Notes: a model not told the origin generated them from the sequence alone. Positions 19,920 to 31,229 are shown, numbered from the stretch's first letter. The stretch is DNA of 64,000 nucleotides from Alphaproteobacteria bacterium (GCA_964291415.2 OZ219920.1:672001-736000); one strand, 5' to 3'. Numbers and translations: made by a program.

Positions 19920-20903
19920 TCAGATGTCGGATTCGATCGGGAAATGACAGGTGAAGCTGTGACCCCGGGCCGTGCGCGTCGCGGGTGGCGCCACCTCGGA
20001 GCAGCGCGCCTGCGCCACCGGGCAACGCGGGTGGAATTCACAACCGCGCGGGCGCTCGATATTGCTTGACACCTCGCCCTTGAGCTGGAGCGGCGGGCGC
20101 ACGGCGTCGGGGTCGGGTTCCGGACTCGACGACAGGAGTGCCCGCGTGTAGGGATGGCGCGGCCGCTGGAACATTTCGCTCGCCGGGCCCTGCTCGACGA
20201 ACCGGCCCAGATACATGATCCCCATGCGATCGGCGAAATGCAGCACGACCTTCAGGTTGTGCGTGATGATCAGTATCGCGATGCCATGACGTGCCTGCAG
20301 TTCGAGCAGCAGGTTGAGCACTTCGCCCTGCACCGAGACATCCAGCCCGGCTGTGGGCTCATCGGCGATGAGCAGCCGCGGGGACAGCGCCAGCGCGCGC
20401 GCGACGCCGACCCGGCGAGCCTGTCCTCCGCTCAACTGGTGCGGATAGCGGCCGAGAAACTCCTCGCTCAGCCCGACCATCTGCAGCAGACGGCGCGCCT
20501 CGTCGTTGAGATCGACATCCTTGATGGCGTGGATCTTGAACGGCTCGGTGACCAGCCGCTTCACCGTCAGACGCGGGCTCAACGAGCCGGCCGGATCCTG
20601 AAACATCATGCTCAACTGGCGGCGGTACGGCTTGTAGGCGTTCTTCGAAAGTCCGCACAGTTCCTGGCCGTCGAAGCGGATCGAACCGGCGTGCGCGGTC
20701 TCGATGCCCACGATGGTCCTGGCGAGCGTGGACTTGCCCGAGCCCGATTCGCCGACCAGCGCGAAGGACTCGCCGGCGCTGATCGAGAACGACACGCCGC
20801 ATACTGCCTGCAGATAGGCTTCGCGCTGCTTCAGCCTGGCGCGCAAGGGCGACAGCACGCGGTAGCGTACCCTGAGGTCGTCCACTTCCAGGAGTCCGGG
20901 CAT
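19920..20903 (-). CDS. Oligopeptide-type ABC ATP-binding subunit (OppF/DppF-like)
   Basis: GESGSGKST, YPHQLSGGQ, ADEPT, HPYT..GCEFHPRCP. Confidence 0.92.
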   Translation of the reverse strand: MPGLLEVDDLRVRYRVLSPLRARLKQREAYLQAVCGVSFSISAGESFALVGESGSGKSTLARTIVGIETAHAGSIRFDGQELCGLSKNAYKPYRRQLSMMFQDPAGSLSPRLTVKRLVTEPFKIHAIKDVDLNDEARRLLQMVGLSEEFLGRYPHQLSGGQARRVGVARALALSPRLLIADEPTAGLDVSVQGEVLNLLLELQARHGIAILIITHNLKVVLHFADRMGIMYLGRFVEQGPASEMFQRPRHPYTRALLSSSPEPDPDAVRPPLQLKGEVSSNIERPRGCEFHPRCPVAQARCSEVAPPATRTARGHSFTCHFPIESDI

Positions 20904-20911
20904 GCAATCCC

Positions 20912-21886
20912 TCAGTACAGATGGCAGGCGACCGCGTGCCCGGGGGCGACGGTTCGCGTGTCCGGCGCTTCGGCCGCGCACTGTTGCAGGGCGCGATGGC
21001 AGCGCGCGCTGAAAATGCAGCCTGACGGAGGGTCCACGAGATCGGGAAGATCGCCAGGTATGGTCGGAAATGCGCGCTCGGTCGACCGCACGATTCGTGC
21101 AGGGTCACATTCCATCAGTTTCTCGGTGTAGGGATGGCGCACATCGTGGAAGAGATCCCGCACGCTTCCCTGCTCGACGACCTCGCCGGCGTACATCACG
21201 ACCACGTAGTCGCACAGGTCCGCGACCACCCCCAGATGATGGGACACGAACAGGATCGAGCACTGATAGCGGCGTTGCAGCTCCTTCAGCTCATGGATGA
21301 TCTGCACCTCGAGGGTTGCATCGAGCGCCGTGGTGGGCTCGTCGGCGATCAGCAGCTTGGGCTCTTCGATGATCGTCATCGCGATCGCGATACGCTGGCG
21401 CATGCCCCCTGAGAACTCGTGCGGGAAGGCATCCATGCGCGCGGCGGGATCGGGAATGCCCACCTGCGAGAGCGCCTGAATCGCGCGTTGTCTCTTGCTG
21501 TCGAGACCACCGCCGTCGCGGTGTTGCACGTCGATCAGCTGACGTCCGATTGAGACCACCGGATTCAGCGACGTCAACGGGTCCTGGAAGATCATCGAAA
21601 TGTCGGTGCCCCGCAGCGACTGCATGTCCGCCTCGGGCAGTTTCAGCAGATCACGCCCGCCGAATTGCACCTTGCCCTGCGTGATCGCCGCGTTTGGCGC
21701 GAGCAGTCGCATGACTGCGAGAATCAACGTGCTCTTGCCGCATCCCGATTCACCGACGACGCCAACTATTTTTCCTGTCGGCACGTCCAGGCTGACGTCA
21801 CGCAACGCCTTTATCACGCGTTTTCGGGCCTTGAACTCGACGCTCAGGTTGCGGACCTGCAGGATGTTCTCGGTCGGATCGGCCAT
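20912..21886 (-). CDS. Oligopeptide-type ABC ATP-binding subunit (OppD/DppD-like)
   Basis: [38 protein letters not shown]. Confidence 0.92.
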   Translation of the reverse strand: MADPTENILQVRNLSVEFKARKRVIKALRDVSLDVPTGKIVGVVGESGCGKSTLILAVMRLLAPNAAITQGKVQFGGRDLLKLPEADMQSLRGTDISMIFQDPLTSLNPVVSIGRQLIDVQHRDGGGLDSKRQRAIQALSQVGIPDPAARMDAFPHEFSGGMRQRIAIAMTIIEEPKLLIADEPTTALDATLEVQIIHELKELQRRYQCSILFVSHHLGVVADLCDYVVVMYAGEVVEQGSVRDLFHDVRHPYTEKLMECDPARIVRSTERAFPTIPGDLPDLVDPPSGCIFSARCHRALQQCAAEAPDTRTVAPGHAVACHLY

Positions 21887-22752
21887 CACTCTTCCTTTCT
21901 GAGCCGCGGATCGAGAATGTCGCGCAGGGCCTCGCCGAGAAACGTGAATCCCAGGGTCGTCAGAATGATGGGCAGACCGCCGAACAGCAGCGGCCACGGC
22001 GAATTGCGCACGTAAGTGAATCCGTCATTGAGAATGTTGCCCCAGCTTGGCGCCGGCGGGCGCACACCGAAGCCGAGGAAACTCAATCCCGCTTCGGTCG
22101 TGATCACGACCGGCACTTCCATGGCCGCCAGGATCATGATCGGGCCGAGCACGTTCGGCAGCAGATGCACCGCCATCAGGCGACCAAGGGACGCGCCCAT
22201 CGCGATTTCAGCGTGGATGAACTCGCTGCTCTTCAAGGCCAGCGTCTGCGTGCGTACGGCGCGTCCGAACAGCGGAATCGAAAGAACCACCACCACGAAG
22301 ATGATGGTCTCCAGGCTTGGCCCCACCAGCGTCACGACGGCCAACGCGAACATCACCACGGGAAACGAACGCAACGTGTCGAACAGCAGCAGCAGCGAAT
22401 AATCGAGCCAGCGTGGCCCCATGCCGGCCAGCATGCCCAGCACCAGACCGATACCCGCCGACAGCGACACGGCAACCACCGCCGCCGTCATCGCGATGCG
22501 GCTGCCCGCTACCACGCGGGAGAAGACGTCCCGGCCCAGGAAATCGGTGCCGAACGGGTGCGCGAAAGACGGCGGCAGGAACTTGTCGCGGATCGACAGT
22601 GCCAGCGGATCCTCGGGCGCCAGGAAATCGCCGAACAACGCGGTAAACAGAATCGTAACGACGAGAATCAGTCCGGCGATACCCAGCACCTGGCGACTCA
22701 GCAGCTGGAGCCCACCGCCTACGCCTTGCCACCATGTATCGGAGCCGTTCAC
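21886..22752 (-). CDS. ABC permease (OppC/DppC-like)
   Basis: [42 protein letters not shown]. Confidence 0.92.
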   Translation of the reverse strand: MNGSDTWWQGVGGGLQLLSRQVLGIAGLILVVTILFTALFGDFLAPEDPLALSIRDKFLPPSFAHPFGTDFLGRDVFSRVVAGSRIAMTAAVVAVSLSAGIGLVLGMLAGMGPRWLDYSLLLLFDTLRSFPVVMFALAVVTLVGPSLETIIFVVVVLSIPLFGRAVRTQTLALKSSEFIHAEIAMGASLGRLMAVHLLPNVLGPIMILAAMEVPVVITTEAGLSFLGFGVRPPAPSWGNILNDGFTYVRNSPWPLLFGGLPIILTTLGFTFLGEALRDILDPRLRKEE

Positions 22753-22761
22753 GTCCGTGCC

Positions 22762-23706
22762 TCACAAGCGCGAGCGAATGCGTGGATCGAGCAGGGCATT
22801 GAGTATGTCGGACAGCGTTGTTGCGATGACGAACAAAGTCGTCGTGACCAGCACCGTGCCCATGATCAGCGGAAAGTTCCGCTGCTGCACGGCAACGAAA
22901 ATGAGTTTGCCCAGACCCGGTCGTGCAAAGATGATTTCTGCGAACACCACTCCGGACAGCATCGCGCCGATACCGATGCCGATGATGGTGACCGCCGGAA
23001 GGATCGCGATGCGCAACACGTACCGGTACAGGATCACGTTGTGCGGCAGGCCATGCGCACGGGCGTGCCGCACGTGGTTCTCTGCCAGCACCTCGAGCAT
23101 CGATGCACGCACCAGTCGTGCCAGATAGCCGACCCAGCCGAGACCAACGGCGAACGCGGGCAACACGAGGTGATGCAACTGACCGAACCAGCCCTTTTCC
23201 TGGCCGCCACCGATCACGGGGAACCAGCCGAGTGTGACCGCAAACAACAGCAACGCGTACAATCCGACCACGAAAGGCGGCATCGCGATAAAGGCGACCG
23301 AAGAAACGCCCGCTGCCTTGTCCATCCAGCTGTCCGGGTGCGTCGCCGAGTAGACTCCGAGCGGCACGCCAAGCAGCAGGGCCCACGACATGCCCGCCGC
23401 CACCAGAATCAGCGTGTAGGGCAGGACGCCGATGATCGTCTCGGCAACCGGTCGTTCGGCGAACACGTCGACGCCCAGATCCCCGGACAGCACCCGCCCG
23501 AAGAACGACACGATTTGCATCGGCAACGGCTTGTCCAGGCCCATGCGTTGTTCCATCGCCGCGATCAGCTCTGGTGTCGCTCGCGGACCGAGCATGACGG
23601 TCGCCGGATCGCCCGGCACCGCGTGGATCATCAGATACATGAGAGTGACGGCCAGCATGATGATCACGATCCCCAGGGCGGTTCGTTTCACCATGTACAG
23701 AATCAT
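22762..23706 (-). CDS. ABC permease (OppB/DppB-like)
   Basis: VPGDPA, GLDKPLPMQ, HLVLPAFAVG, ARAHGL, FARPGLG, LLDPRIR. Confidence 0.92.
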   Translation of the reverse strand: MILYMVKRTALGIVIIMLAVTLMYLMIHAVPGDPATVMLGPRATPELIAAMEQRMGLDKPLPMQIVSFFGRVLSGDLGVDVFAERPVAETIIGVLPYTLILVAAGMSWALLLGVPLGVYSATHPDSWMDKAAGVSSVAFIAMPPFVVGLYALLLFAVTLGWFPVIGGGQEKGWFGQLHHLVLPAFAVGLGWVGYLARLVRASMLEVLAENHVRHARAHGLPHNVILYRYVLRIAILPAVTIIGIGIGAMLSGVVFAEIIFARPGLGKLIFVAVQQRNFPLIMGTVLVTTTLFVIATTLSDILNALLDPRIRSRL

Positions 23707-23869
23707 GCGTGCCTGCCGTCCGCGGTGATCCCGGTTTCGGTTTGCAGGCCGTCGCGCGGCGCCCGGACTCGCTCGGGGCCGGTGCCGCAACGCCGGTCAA
23801 CGCCCGGCGTGGGCCGGCTCGCGACCCGGGATCGGGCGTTCTTCAGAATTGGCGTTGGTGAGGCGGCTT

Positions 23870-24368
23870 CGCTGAAGAACCGGTGCAGGTTGGCGAACAT
23901 TCCGACCCCCGCACCGGCAAGACTCTGCCCGTCCCGGCACTCGGCGGGAACGATTGCCGGCCGAAAGTCGTTGTCGAACATGTTGCTGCCCTGTGGCGTC
24001 TGCTCCATCCCTGGAGGCGCCATGCTCGACATTGAGACAGCAAACCAGGCCTCCTCGGTCGCAGCCCGATCGCGAGCCCGTCGTGCGAGCGCAACGGCCC
24101 GACGGTTGATGGCCGGTCCCTGAGCGCCCGACCCGACGGCCTCGAGCGCATGGTGCACAGGCGCACAGGCAATCGCGGTGATCACGCCAGCCCCGGCGGC
24201 ACTTTACTCGTCGTGTGCCTGGCGAAGGATCGTGCGGATGCGAGTCGTGGCGCTGGCACTCGACGCCGTTGCGTCCTTGGCGACGCCGTGCGATTCGATC
24301 TGTGCGCCGACCCGACCGTCGAGAACGAGAAACGCACCCCATTCGATACGCGCGAGAATGCTAGGCAT
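23870..24368 (-). pseudogene. Homocysteine S-methyltransferase-family pseudogene (internal stop, truncated)
   Basis: My translation from ATG 24368: MPSILARIEWGAFLVLDGRVGAQIESHGV...ILRQAHDE*SAAGAGVITAIA...INRRAVALARRARDRAA...SMSSM; TAA at 24204-24206 where the family has H.dY..AGA. Confidence 0.75.
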
Positions 24369-25227
24369 GGCATGGCGGAATGGTTGTTCACAGTATCGGC
24401 GAGTGATCTACATTAGTACGCTGACTCGCAAACACGCAACCGGATGCCAATCGCCGCACGTGTGACGAACGCGAGGAATGTCACCTCCGTTCCCGGCGTC
24501 GGGTGGCAACTTGGCGGCAGTGCTCCGTCCGATCGAAGAGGCGCCCGATCAGGTTTCGATCACGGATCCGGTGCCGGATCTCGTCTTCGCCAGTCGGCCG
24601 GCGGACTGAAGGGGACGCGCCCGGACGCCGCGCAGCCGGTCGTTGCCGGCACTCATCACGTCCTCGCCGTGTCTCGACGCGATTGCGCAAGAGCGGTCTG
24701 GCACGTCGGCGCGGAGCCCGCCTTCGGACCAGCCCTTCGGTCGTCGAGTTGGCGAGAGCGCCTGCGAAGGGATGGTGCGGCTTGTCCTGATCGGCGCCGG
24801 CGTTGGTGCGGACGCGGCGCGAGGGTGCGACACCGGAACGGTCGGCAGCCAAGGTTTCGAGCGGATTGCGCTCGACGCAGGCTGTGTCCGCTCACCAATC
24901 GAGTTTCCAAGCATGCATCGCAGCCCGATAGGGGCGCCTGCGTCTGACCCGCCTCGAGGTGAGCGACTGGTGCCGCAAAGGCAGCACGGCTCGTCGAATC
25001 GGGTCCGCGCCGCGCTTCCTTCCGGCACGTGTTCGCGCTGTTCAGCCACGCGTAGGACACCTGCGCATTGCAACCCTTCGGCAATCCCGGCCCCCGCTTC
25101 CCGGGCTGCCAGTGTTCGTGCGCTGTCGATTGTCGCGGCGACAGGCATGTCGAGATCACGTTGCAGGCTGTCAGCGAATTCGCGATTGTATGACGCATGT
25201 GCCAGCCCGCAGATCGGAAGCACAGGC

Positions 25228-26295
25228 ATGATCCACCTTGACAGCACCGGCACGGCTTACGAGATCGGCAGGCAGCACGGTCGGGACTGCGCAACCGCCG
25301 TGCACGCCGCCTACCGGGCCTGGGGACCGGCAGACGCCTTCGACCAGCGCGAGCGCAGCGACGGTTTCCAAAGGGTTGCGACATCGCTCGACCAGACCTT
25401 TCCGGCGTTGCTTGACGAGATGCAGGGTATCGCCGACGGCGCCGGGCTCACGATCGAGGAGATCGTCGCGCTCAACTGCCTCGACGAGTACCGTTCGCGC
25501 AGGACGCCGCCGCGGCAGTGTTCAAGCATCGCATTCCAGGCTTCCGATTGCGGCGTGTTGCTCGGAAAGACAGCCGACTGGACAATCTCGGATGTTGCGG
25601 CATTTTCGCTGTCGCAGCGCTACCGACCTGTGCCGGGTGAAGGCAACGCGTTCTTTCACTACGGCTGCGCGGGGACGCTCTGGTGTGAAGGAGGGCTCAA
25701 CGAAGCCGGGCTTGGCATGGTTCTGAACGGGTTGGCCGGTCGCGGCGCCGGCGGCGCCAGCGTGCCGACGATGGCGCTCACACGAGGTGTGCTGCAGCAC
25801 TGCCGTGATGTCCAGGATGCGCTGAGCTGGCTGCGGCAGCACGACGTGATGAACTGGGGATTCAACCTCACTCTCGCCGACTCGTCCGGCGACCTGGCGT
25901 TCGTGGAAGTCGTGCCCGGCAGCCAGTGCTCCGGGCGGGCCCGCGACGACTATCTCATTCACACGAATCACTGCCTGCTGGATTCGGCGTCCGGCAGGCA
26001 CGACGCCGACATCGGCATGGTGCCCGGCTATCCCGGGCTGATGGAGAACAGCCGCCTGCGCCTCGACAACCTGATCGACAAGGTTCCGAGCACGCCGCGA
26101 TCGCTACGGAGCATGCAGCTGTTGCTGCAGGATCGCTCGCCCTCCGGCGCCATCAGCCAGAACGGCGAGCACGGCATGCACACCGTGTACGCCATGATCG
26201 TGGCGCCGGAGCGCGGCGAAATCTGGGGCGCGGAGGGCTTTCCGCCTGACGTACCCTTTGTCTCACACACGGTACAGCGGGGTCATGATCGATGA
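25228..26295 (+). CDS. C45-family autoproteolytic acyltransferase/hydrolase (Ntn)
   Basis: GTAYEIGRQHG, EMQGIADGAG, QC|SSIAF nucleophile Cys, LGKTADW, GLNEAGL, IHTNH. Confidence 0.85.
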   Translation: MIHLDSTGTAYEIGRQHGRDCATAVHAAYRAWGPADAFDQRERSDGFQRVATSLDQTFPALLDEMQGIADGAGLTIEEIVALNCLDEYRSRRTPPRQCSSIAFQASDCGVLLGKTADWTISDVAAFSLSQRYRPVPGEGNAFFHYGCAGTLWCEGGLNEAGLGMVLNGLAGRGAGGASVPTMALTRGVLQHCRDVQDALSWLRQHDVMNWGFNLTLADSSGDLAFVEVVPGSQCSGRARDDYLIHTNHCLLDSASGRHDADIGMVPGYPGLMENSRLRLDNLIDKVPSTPRSLRSMQLLLQDRSPSGAISQNGEHGMHTVYAMIVAPERGEIWGAEGFPPDVPFVSHTVQRGHDR

Positions 26296-27074
26296 AGGTT
26301 CTCATTACCGGAGGCCTCGGCTGGCTGGGGAAAGCCTTGTCGGAGCAGGTCAGCACCCGGCACCGGGTTTGTGCGTTCGACCTGGAGAGTCCGGATGTCG
26401 AGCGCGAGCGCAACGAATTCGAGGGCGACGTGCTTTATGGCTCGGTGACGGAGTATTCGGACGTGCTCGCGGCCGTCGAGGGACAGGACGCTGTCATCCA
26501 TGCGGCGGTGGCGAGCACGGTCACCCGTGGCCAGTATCACGACGTCACCGATACCGCACCGTTCGACGTCAACCTGCGAGGCACCTGCAACGTGCTGGAA
26601 GCCATGCGGCGGCAGGGCGTGACGCGCTTCATTCAGATCGCGTCGGCGGAAACGCACGTGGAGCACCCGGCCGGAACATATCTCGATGACCGTGCCACCT
26701 ACTTCGGTCGACCCAGCTACTATGACTTGACCAAGTGCCTGCAGGAGCAGATCTGCCAGTGGTTTGCCCACCACCATGAACTCGACATCACATTGTTGCG
26801 TCTGGGCGATATCGTCGATACGGCCCAGGGCCGCAGCAAACACGGCGAGCACTCCTGGAATGCGTCCATGGCGACCGACAGCTGGATCGACCGCTATGAT
26901 GTGGGCAAGGCGTGTCTGCAATTGCTGGAACAATCGAAGACCGGCGTCGGGATCTATCATCTGGTGGGGGCGCCGGCGGCTCGCGAGCGATTCGACATCG
27001 ATCGAACGATCGCTGCATTGCAGCTGTCGCTCACCACAGAGATCGACAAGCGCCCCGCCAGTCAACGCGGGTGA
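26292..27074 (+). CDS. NAD-dependent epimerase/dehydratase
   Basis: VLITGGLGWLG, DAVIHAA, VNLRGTCNVLEA, YDLTK. Confidence 0.88.
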   Translation: MKVLITGGLGWLGKALSEQVSTRHRVCAFDLESPDVERERNEFEGDVLYGSVTEYSDVLAAVEGQDAVIHAAVASTVTRGQYHDVTDTAPFDVNLRGTCNVLEAMRRQGVTRFIQIASAETHVEHPAGTYLDDRATYFGRPSYYDLTKCLQEQICQWFAHHHELDITLLRLGDIVDTAQGRSKHGEHSWNASMATDSWIDRYDVGKACLQLLEQSKTGVGIYHLVGAPAARERFDIDRTIAALQLSLTTEIDKRPASQRG

Positions 27075-27092
27075 CATCCGGAGGAGGTCGTC

Positions 27093-28448
27093 GTGACTCA
27101 ACTCTATGCCGGCGTTGGACGGGAATTGATCACGCCGAGCGGGGCCGGCTACCTCGCCGGTGACGTGCTCGACAGCGACGCCGAAGTACGGCGAGTACAC
27201 AAGGACCTCTATGCACAGAGCCTGTTTCTGACGGACGGGACAACCCGGCTTGTCCTGATCACCGTCGACGTCTGCAAGGTCAGCGCTGCGATGGTCAGGG
27301 CGGTCGTGAAAAGGCTCGGCGAGGAGCTCGACCTGCCCGGCGCCGCGATCATGATCGCAGCGTCTCACACCCACTCGGCACCGCACACGATCGAGAACGA
27401 CGCCGTGCCGGGCGCTTTCGACAAGGGGTTCGCGGAGCAGGCTGCGGCCGGAATGATCGCTTCGGCTCTCCAGGCAGCCGGGAAGCTCGAGCCGGTCAGT
27501 TTGCGGTACGAGAAGGGGCATTCGGAGCTCGGTGTCAACAAGCGCCTGGGCACACCCTGGGGTGTGCTCATGCGTGCCAACCCGGCCGGCGCTTTCGATC
27601 CCGAGGTGGGCGTGCTGATCGCGCAAGGAGCCGCCGGGAATCCGGTCGCGGTGCTGTGCTGCTACGCGAGCCATCCGATCGGCCACCTGCGCAGCGAGGT
27701 CAGCAGCGACCTCACCGGCTTTTTGCGCGATGAGCTGGAGGCGGCGTTCCCGAATTCCATGGGCTTCCATGCGCTGGGTTGTGCCGGAGACGTTTCGCCG
27801 CGCATGCGCTGGGACGGCACCGACTACGAAATCGGCAACCCGCACACCGGCGCCGGACGCCGCCTGTTGCCGGAGGCGACGTTCAAGAACATGATGGAGA
27901 CCGCCGGCAAGGAACTCGCAAGCAAAGCCATCGAGTTGGTGAATGAAGGCAGCGAGGAACCCTTCGTTGGCCGGCTGTCCACCTGTGTTGCGACCGTGGA
28001 ACTCGCCTTGGGCCCGCCGCTCTCGCTGGAGCAAGTCGAAGCCGTCGCGTCGCTGCCGTTCAATCACCTCCACGCCAGGTGGGCCGCGCACATGCGAGCG
28101 AAGCTCCTGACCGGTGAGCAGATTCCGCGGAGCGTTCCCTATCCGATGCAAGTGTGGCGAATCGCCGATCGCCTGTGTGTCGTCGCGCTCGGCGGCGAAG
28201 TCTTCGCCAGTATCGGATTGCGCATCAAGGCTGCGCTGTCACCGCTTCCCTGCCTTATGATCGGGCATGCCAACGAATACCGGGGGTACGTGCCTACGGG
28301 CGCCGCAATCCTCGAAGGCGGCTACGAGGCGGAATCCTTCTACAACACGATGCTGCCGGCGCCTTACGCAACCGGGATCGATGACGTTCTTGTCTCGGCC
28401 GCAGTGAACCTGGCGAGAGGAACCGGCGATGGACCCGACGCCGCGTGA
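27093..28448 (+). CDS. Neutral/alkaline ceramidase N-terminal-like amidohydrolase
   Basis: AGVGRELITP, VHKDLYAQSL, ASHTHSAP, YASHP, GCAGDVSP, LGGEVF, GYVPT..EGGYE. Confidence 0.75.
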   Translation: MTQLYAGVGRELITPSGAGYLAGDVLDSDAEVRRVHKDLYAQSLFLTDGTTRLVLITVDVCKVSAAMVRAVVKRLGEELDLPGAAIMIAASHTHSAPHTIENDAVPGAFDKGFAEQAAAGMIASALQAAGKLEPVSLRYEKGHSELGVNKRLGTPWGVLMRANPAGAFDPEVGVLIAQGAAGNPVAVLCCYASHPIGHLRSEVSSDLTGFLRDELEAAFPNSMGFHALGCAGDVSPRMRWDGTDYEIGNPHTGAGRRLLPEATFKNMMETAGKELASKAIELVNEGSEEPFVGRLSTCVATVELALGPPLSLEQVEAVASLPFNHLHARWAAHMRAKLLTGEQIPRSVPYPMQVWRIADRLCVVALGGEVFASIGLRIKAALSPLPCLMIGHANEYRGYVPTGAAILEGGYEAESFYNTMLPAPYATGIDDVLVSAAVNLARGTGDGPDAA

Positions 28449-29448
28449 GTATGCGATCGGCGATCTGTCGCTCGAATCCGGGTGCGTCATCGAGAATTGC
28501 CGGGTGTCGGCCTGCGTTCACGGCAGCGCATCGCGGAAACGCAACAACGTGATCCTTGTTGCGGCGTCGCTGGGCGGCGATCATCGACGGCTCGAGTTCC
28601 TGATCGGACCGGGACGCGCACTCGACACCCGGCGTTACTGCGTTGTTGCGACCAGCGCGCTCGGCAACGGCCTGTCGTCGTCGCCGAGCAACAGCCGGAC
28701 ACAGCCGGGCGACTCGTTCCCCCACTTCAGCGTGCGCGACATGGTGGCATCGCAACGAAAACTGCTGGAGCACCTGGGTGTGACGCGTCTCTTCTGCGTG
28801 ATTGGCGCCTCCATGGGCGGCATGCAGGCGCTCCAGTGGGCCGTCAGCCATCCGCGTCACATGGATTGCGTTGTCGCCTTGACGCCGATGGCCCGCACGT
28901 CGGCATGGTCGAAGGCCGTCACGCTGATTTCCCGTCAGCTGTTGTCGGCGGACCCCGGCTGGCGTGACGGGCATGCTTCGGCGGAGACCTGGCGCGCGTG
29001 GACCGCCCTGTTGCAGGTCATCGCCGGAAGGACGCCGGCGGCGATCGCGCACGATTGTCCCGATGACGATGCGAAGGCGCTGCTCGACCGCGAAGCACAG
29101 GCCATCATGGCCGAACCGCCCGATCCAAGGGATTGGATCTGGCAAACCCGTGCGTACGACGAACACGATCTCGGTGATACGCCAGGCTGCAACGGCGACA
29201 CGCACACGGCTTTGCGGAGAATCCAGGCGCCGACATTGATCATGGCGGCAACCGGCGATCTGATGAACCCGGAGTGCGGGGCAAAGTGGGCCTCGGGGCG
29301 CATTGCCGACTGTGTCTATCGCGAGATTCCGTCGCGGCAGGGCCACCAGGCAGCATCGTCGCTGCACGCAGCCGAGGCGTCGTTCATGAATGCGGAGATC
29401 TCCCGATTCCTCCAGGCGCACGACACGGGTCCGGCGCGAGCCGGGTGA
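28429..29448 (+). CDS. Homoserine O-acetyltransferase (MetX)-like alpha/beta hydrolase
   Basis: LIGPGRALDT, GNGLSSSPSN, FPHFSVRDMV, GASMGGMQALQWA, GHQAA. Confidence 0.85.
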   Translation: MDPTPREYAIGDLSLESGCVIENCRVSACVHGSASRKRNNVILVAASLGGDHRRLEFLIGPGRALDTRRYCVVATSALGNGLSSSPSNSRTQPGDSFPHFSVRDMVASQRKLLEHLGVTRLFCVIGASMGGMQALQWAVSHPRHMDCVVALTPMARTSAWSKAVTLISRQLLSADPGWRDGHASAETWRAWTALLQVIAGRTPAAIAHDCPDDDAKALLDREAQAIMAEPPDPRDWIWQTRAYDEHDLGDTPGCNGDTHTALRRIQAPTLIMAATGDLMNPECGAKWASGRIADCVYREIPSRQGHQAASSLHAAEASFMNAEISRFLQAHDTGPARAG

Positions 29449-29570
29449 TTCTCGTGCGGCCTGGCGATGTCACCGCGGCCCCGGAGATCTGCACCGATGG
29501 CACGTTCGCAGTGCCCGTCGCTCGTCCCGGCCTCGGCATTGACATCATTCGTGGCCCACTGCAGAAGTGA
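29445..29570 (+). pseudogene. C-terminal relic of an enolase-superfamily (mandelate racemase-like) gene
   Basis: DVTAAPEICTDGTFAVPVARPGLGIDII..LQK* matches the G...vP..PGLGi.i terminus. Confidence 0.55.
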
Positions 29571-29596
29571 CTGCGTGTCGAGTGAACTCGAGGGAG

Positions 29597-30427
29597 ATGA
29601 CGACCGGCGAACTGTCAGATCGGACTGCGCTCGTCACCGGCGGGGCGTCGGGAATTGGCCGGTCGATCGCACTCGGACTGGCGAGGCGCGGCGCCAGGAT
29701 CGCGCTCATGTCGATGAGCGGAGACAATCCGAGCAGGGTGCCCGCCGAGCTCAAGCACTTCGCATCGCCCGGGGAACTCGAGACGACGCGGTCGGACATT
29801 CGCGCGCTCGGCGGCGAATGCCTGAACTTCGATGGTGACGTCGCCAGCGAGGAGGACGTCGCACGAGCGGTGCAGGGTACCGCCGGGGCGTTCGGCGGCA
29901 TCGACGTGTTGATCAACAACGCCGCCACCAACTGTGTTCACCCGGTCCACGAGCACGACAACCAGGCGTGGAAACGGATCATCGACGTCAACCTCTATGG
30001 CGCCTATCTGTGCACCAGGGCAGCGTTGCCCTTCATGCTGCGGGCGAAGTGGGGGCGCATCATTTCGATTGCATCGACCAACGCTCACGTCGGCACGCCG
30101 GAGTACAGCGCTTACGCGGCATCGAAACACGGCTTGCTCGGGTTCAACCGCTCGCTGGCGCTGGAGATAGCCGACCATGGCATCACCGCCAACACCATCA
30201 GTCCCGGCATCGTCGAGACGCCTTCCGGCGCACTGCATCTCAGGAAGTGGGCGGAACGTGAGCAGGTCCCGACAACGAAACTGCGCGAGCGGTTCATGGA
30301 GAACTATCCGGCGAAGCGTTTCATCGCGCCCCAGGAGATCGCCGATCTGGTTTGCTTCCTCTGCGACACGCGTGCCGCCGCCATCAACGGGGAGGATATC
30401 GCGATCACCACCGGAGCGGCTTTCTAG
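29597..30427 (+). CDS. Short-chain dehydrogenase/reductase (YAASK), with insertion after beta2
   Basis: TGGASGIG, INNAA, YAASK, ISPG. Confidence 0.9.
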   Translation: MTTGELSDRTALVTGGASGIGRSIALGLARRGARIALMSMSGDNPSRVPAELKHFASPGELETTRSDIRALGGECLNFDGDVASEEDVARAVQGTAGAFGGIDVLINNAATNCVHPVHEHDNQAWKRIIDVNLYGAYLCTRAALPFMLRAKWGRIISIASTNAHVGTPEYSAYAASKHGLLGFNRSLALEIADHGITANTISPGIVETPSGALHLRKWAEREQVPTTKLRERFMENYPAKRFIAPQEIADLVCFLCDTRAAAINGEDIAITTGAAF

Positions 30428-30446
30428 TGTGGGAGGGCAATGCCTG

Positions 30447-31229
30447 ATGGACCTGGGTCTCGACAATCGCGTCGCCATCGTCACCGGTGCCAGCAAGGGT
30501 ATCGGGCTGGCCATTGCCCTCGAACTGGCAAGGGAGGGCGCCAGCGTGGCGATCTGCGCACGCGGTGCTGAGGCCCTGGAGGCCGCCGCGGAGCAGCTTC
30601 GCGCGCAAACCGGCCGGCCAATCCTTGCCATTGCAGCGGACGTGACCGATCAGTCAGCGGTGAATCGCGTCGTCGAATCGACGGCCTCCGCGCACGGGGG
30701 GATCGACATCCTGGTGAACAATGCCGGCAGTCCCGTCACCGGGACTTTCGAGGAGGTCAACCTGGAGGACTGGCGTGCGGACCTGGACGTGAAGCTGTTC
30801 GCCCCGGTCTACTGTATCCGTGCGGCGCTGCCGTTTCTCAAGCAAAGCAATCAGGCCCGCATCATCAACATCAACTCGATCGTCGGCAAACAGTCGACGC
30901 CGGACTACATCGCCAACAGCGCCGATCGCGCCGCCTGCCTCGGCTTCAACAAGGTACTGTCCGACAATCTCGCCAAGTACGGAATCCTCGTCAACAGCGT
31001 CAACCCGGGCAACGTCAAGAGCGAAGCGTGGGACAGCACGCTCGACTATTTTGCGCCTGGTTCCGAGCTCGAGGACTGGTACCGGGAGCTCGCCAGGATC
31101 ACACCGCTGCGACGCGTGGCGGAAGCGCACGAGATCGCCGCGGTGGTCGCGTTTCTGGCCGGCAAGCGGGCGAGCTATCTGACCGGCGCCTCGATCGACG
31201 TCGACGGCGGACTGACACGACACATCTGA
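30447..31229 (+). CDS. SDR, atypical active site (NSADR)
   Basis: MDLGLDNRVAIVTGASKGIG, VNNAG, NSADRAA in place of YxxxK, VDGG. Confidence 0.88.
   Translation: MDLGLDNRVAIVTGASKGIGLAIALELAREGASVAICARGAEALEAAAEQLRAQTGRPILAIAADVTDQSAVNRVVESTASAHGGIDILVNNAGSPVTGTFEEVNLEDWRADLDVKLFAPVYCIRAALPFLKQSNQARIININSIVGKQSTPDYIANSADRAACLGFNKVLSDNLAKYGILVNSVNPGNVKSEAWDSTLDYFAPGSELEDWYRELARITPLRRVAEAHEIAAVVAFLAGKRASYLTGASIDVDGGLTRHI

Noticed and set aside
24440-25200. Possible PAS, amidinotransferase or GntR relic, and a sigma54 promoter, in the long spacer
   Set aside because: Similarities are too weak and conflict with each other; the GG-to-GC spacing in TGGCATCCGGTTGC is 9 nt, not 10
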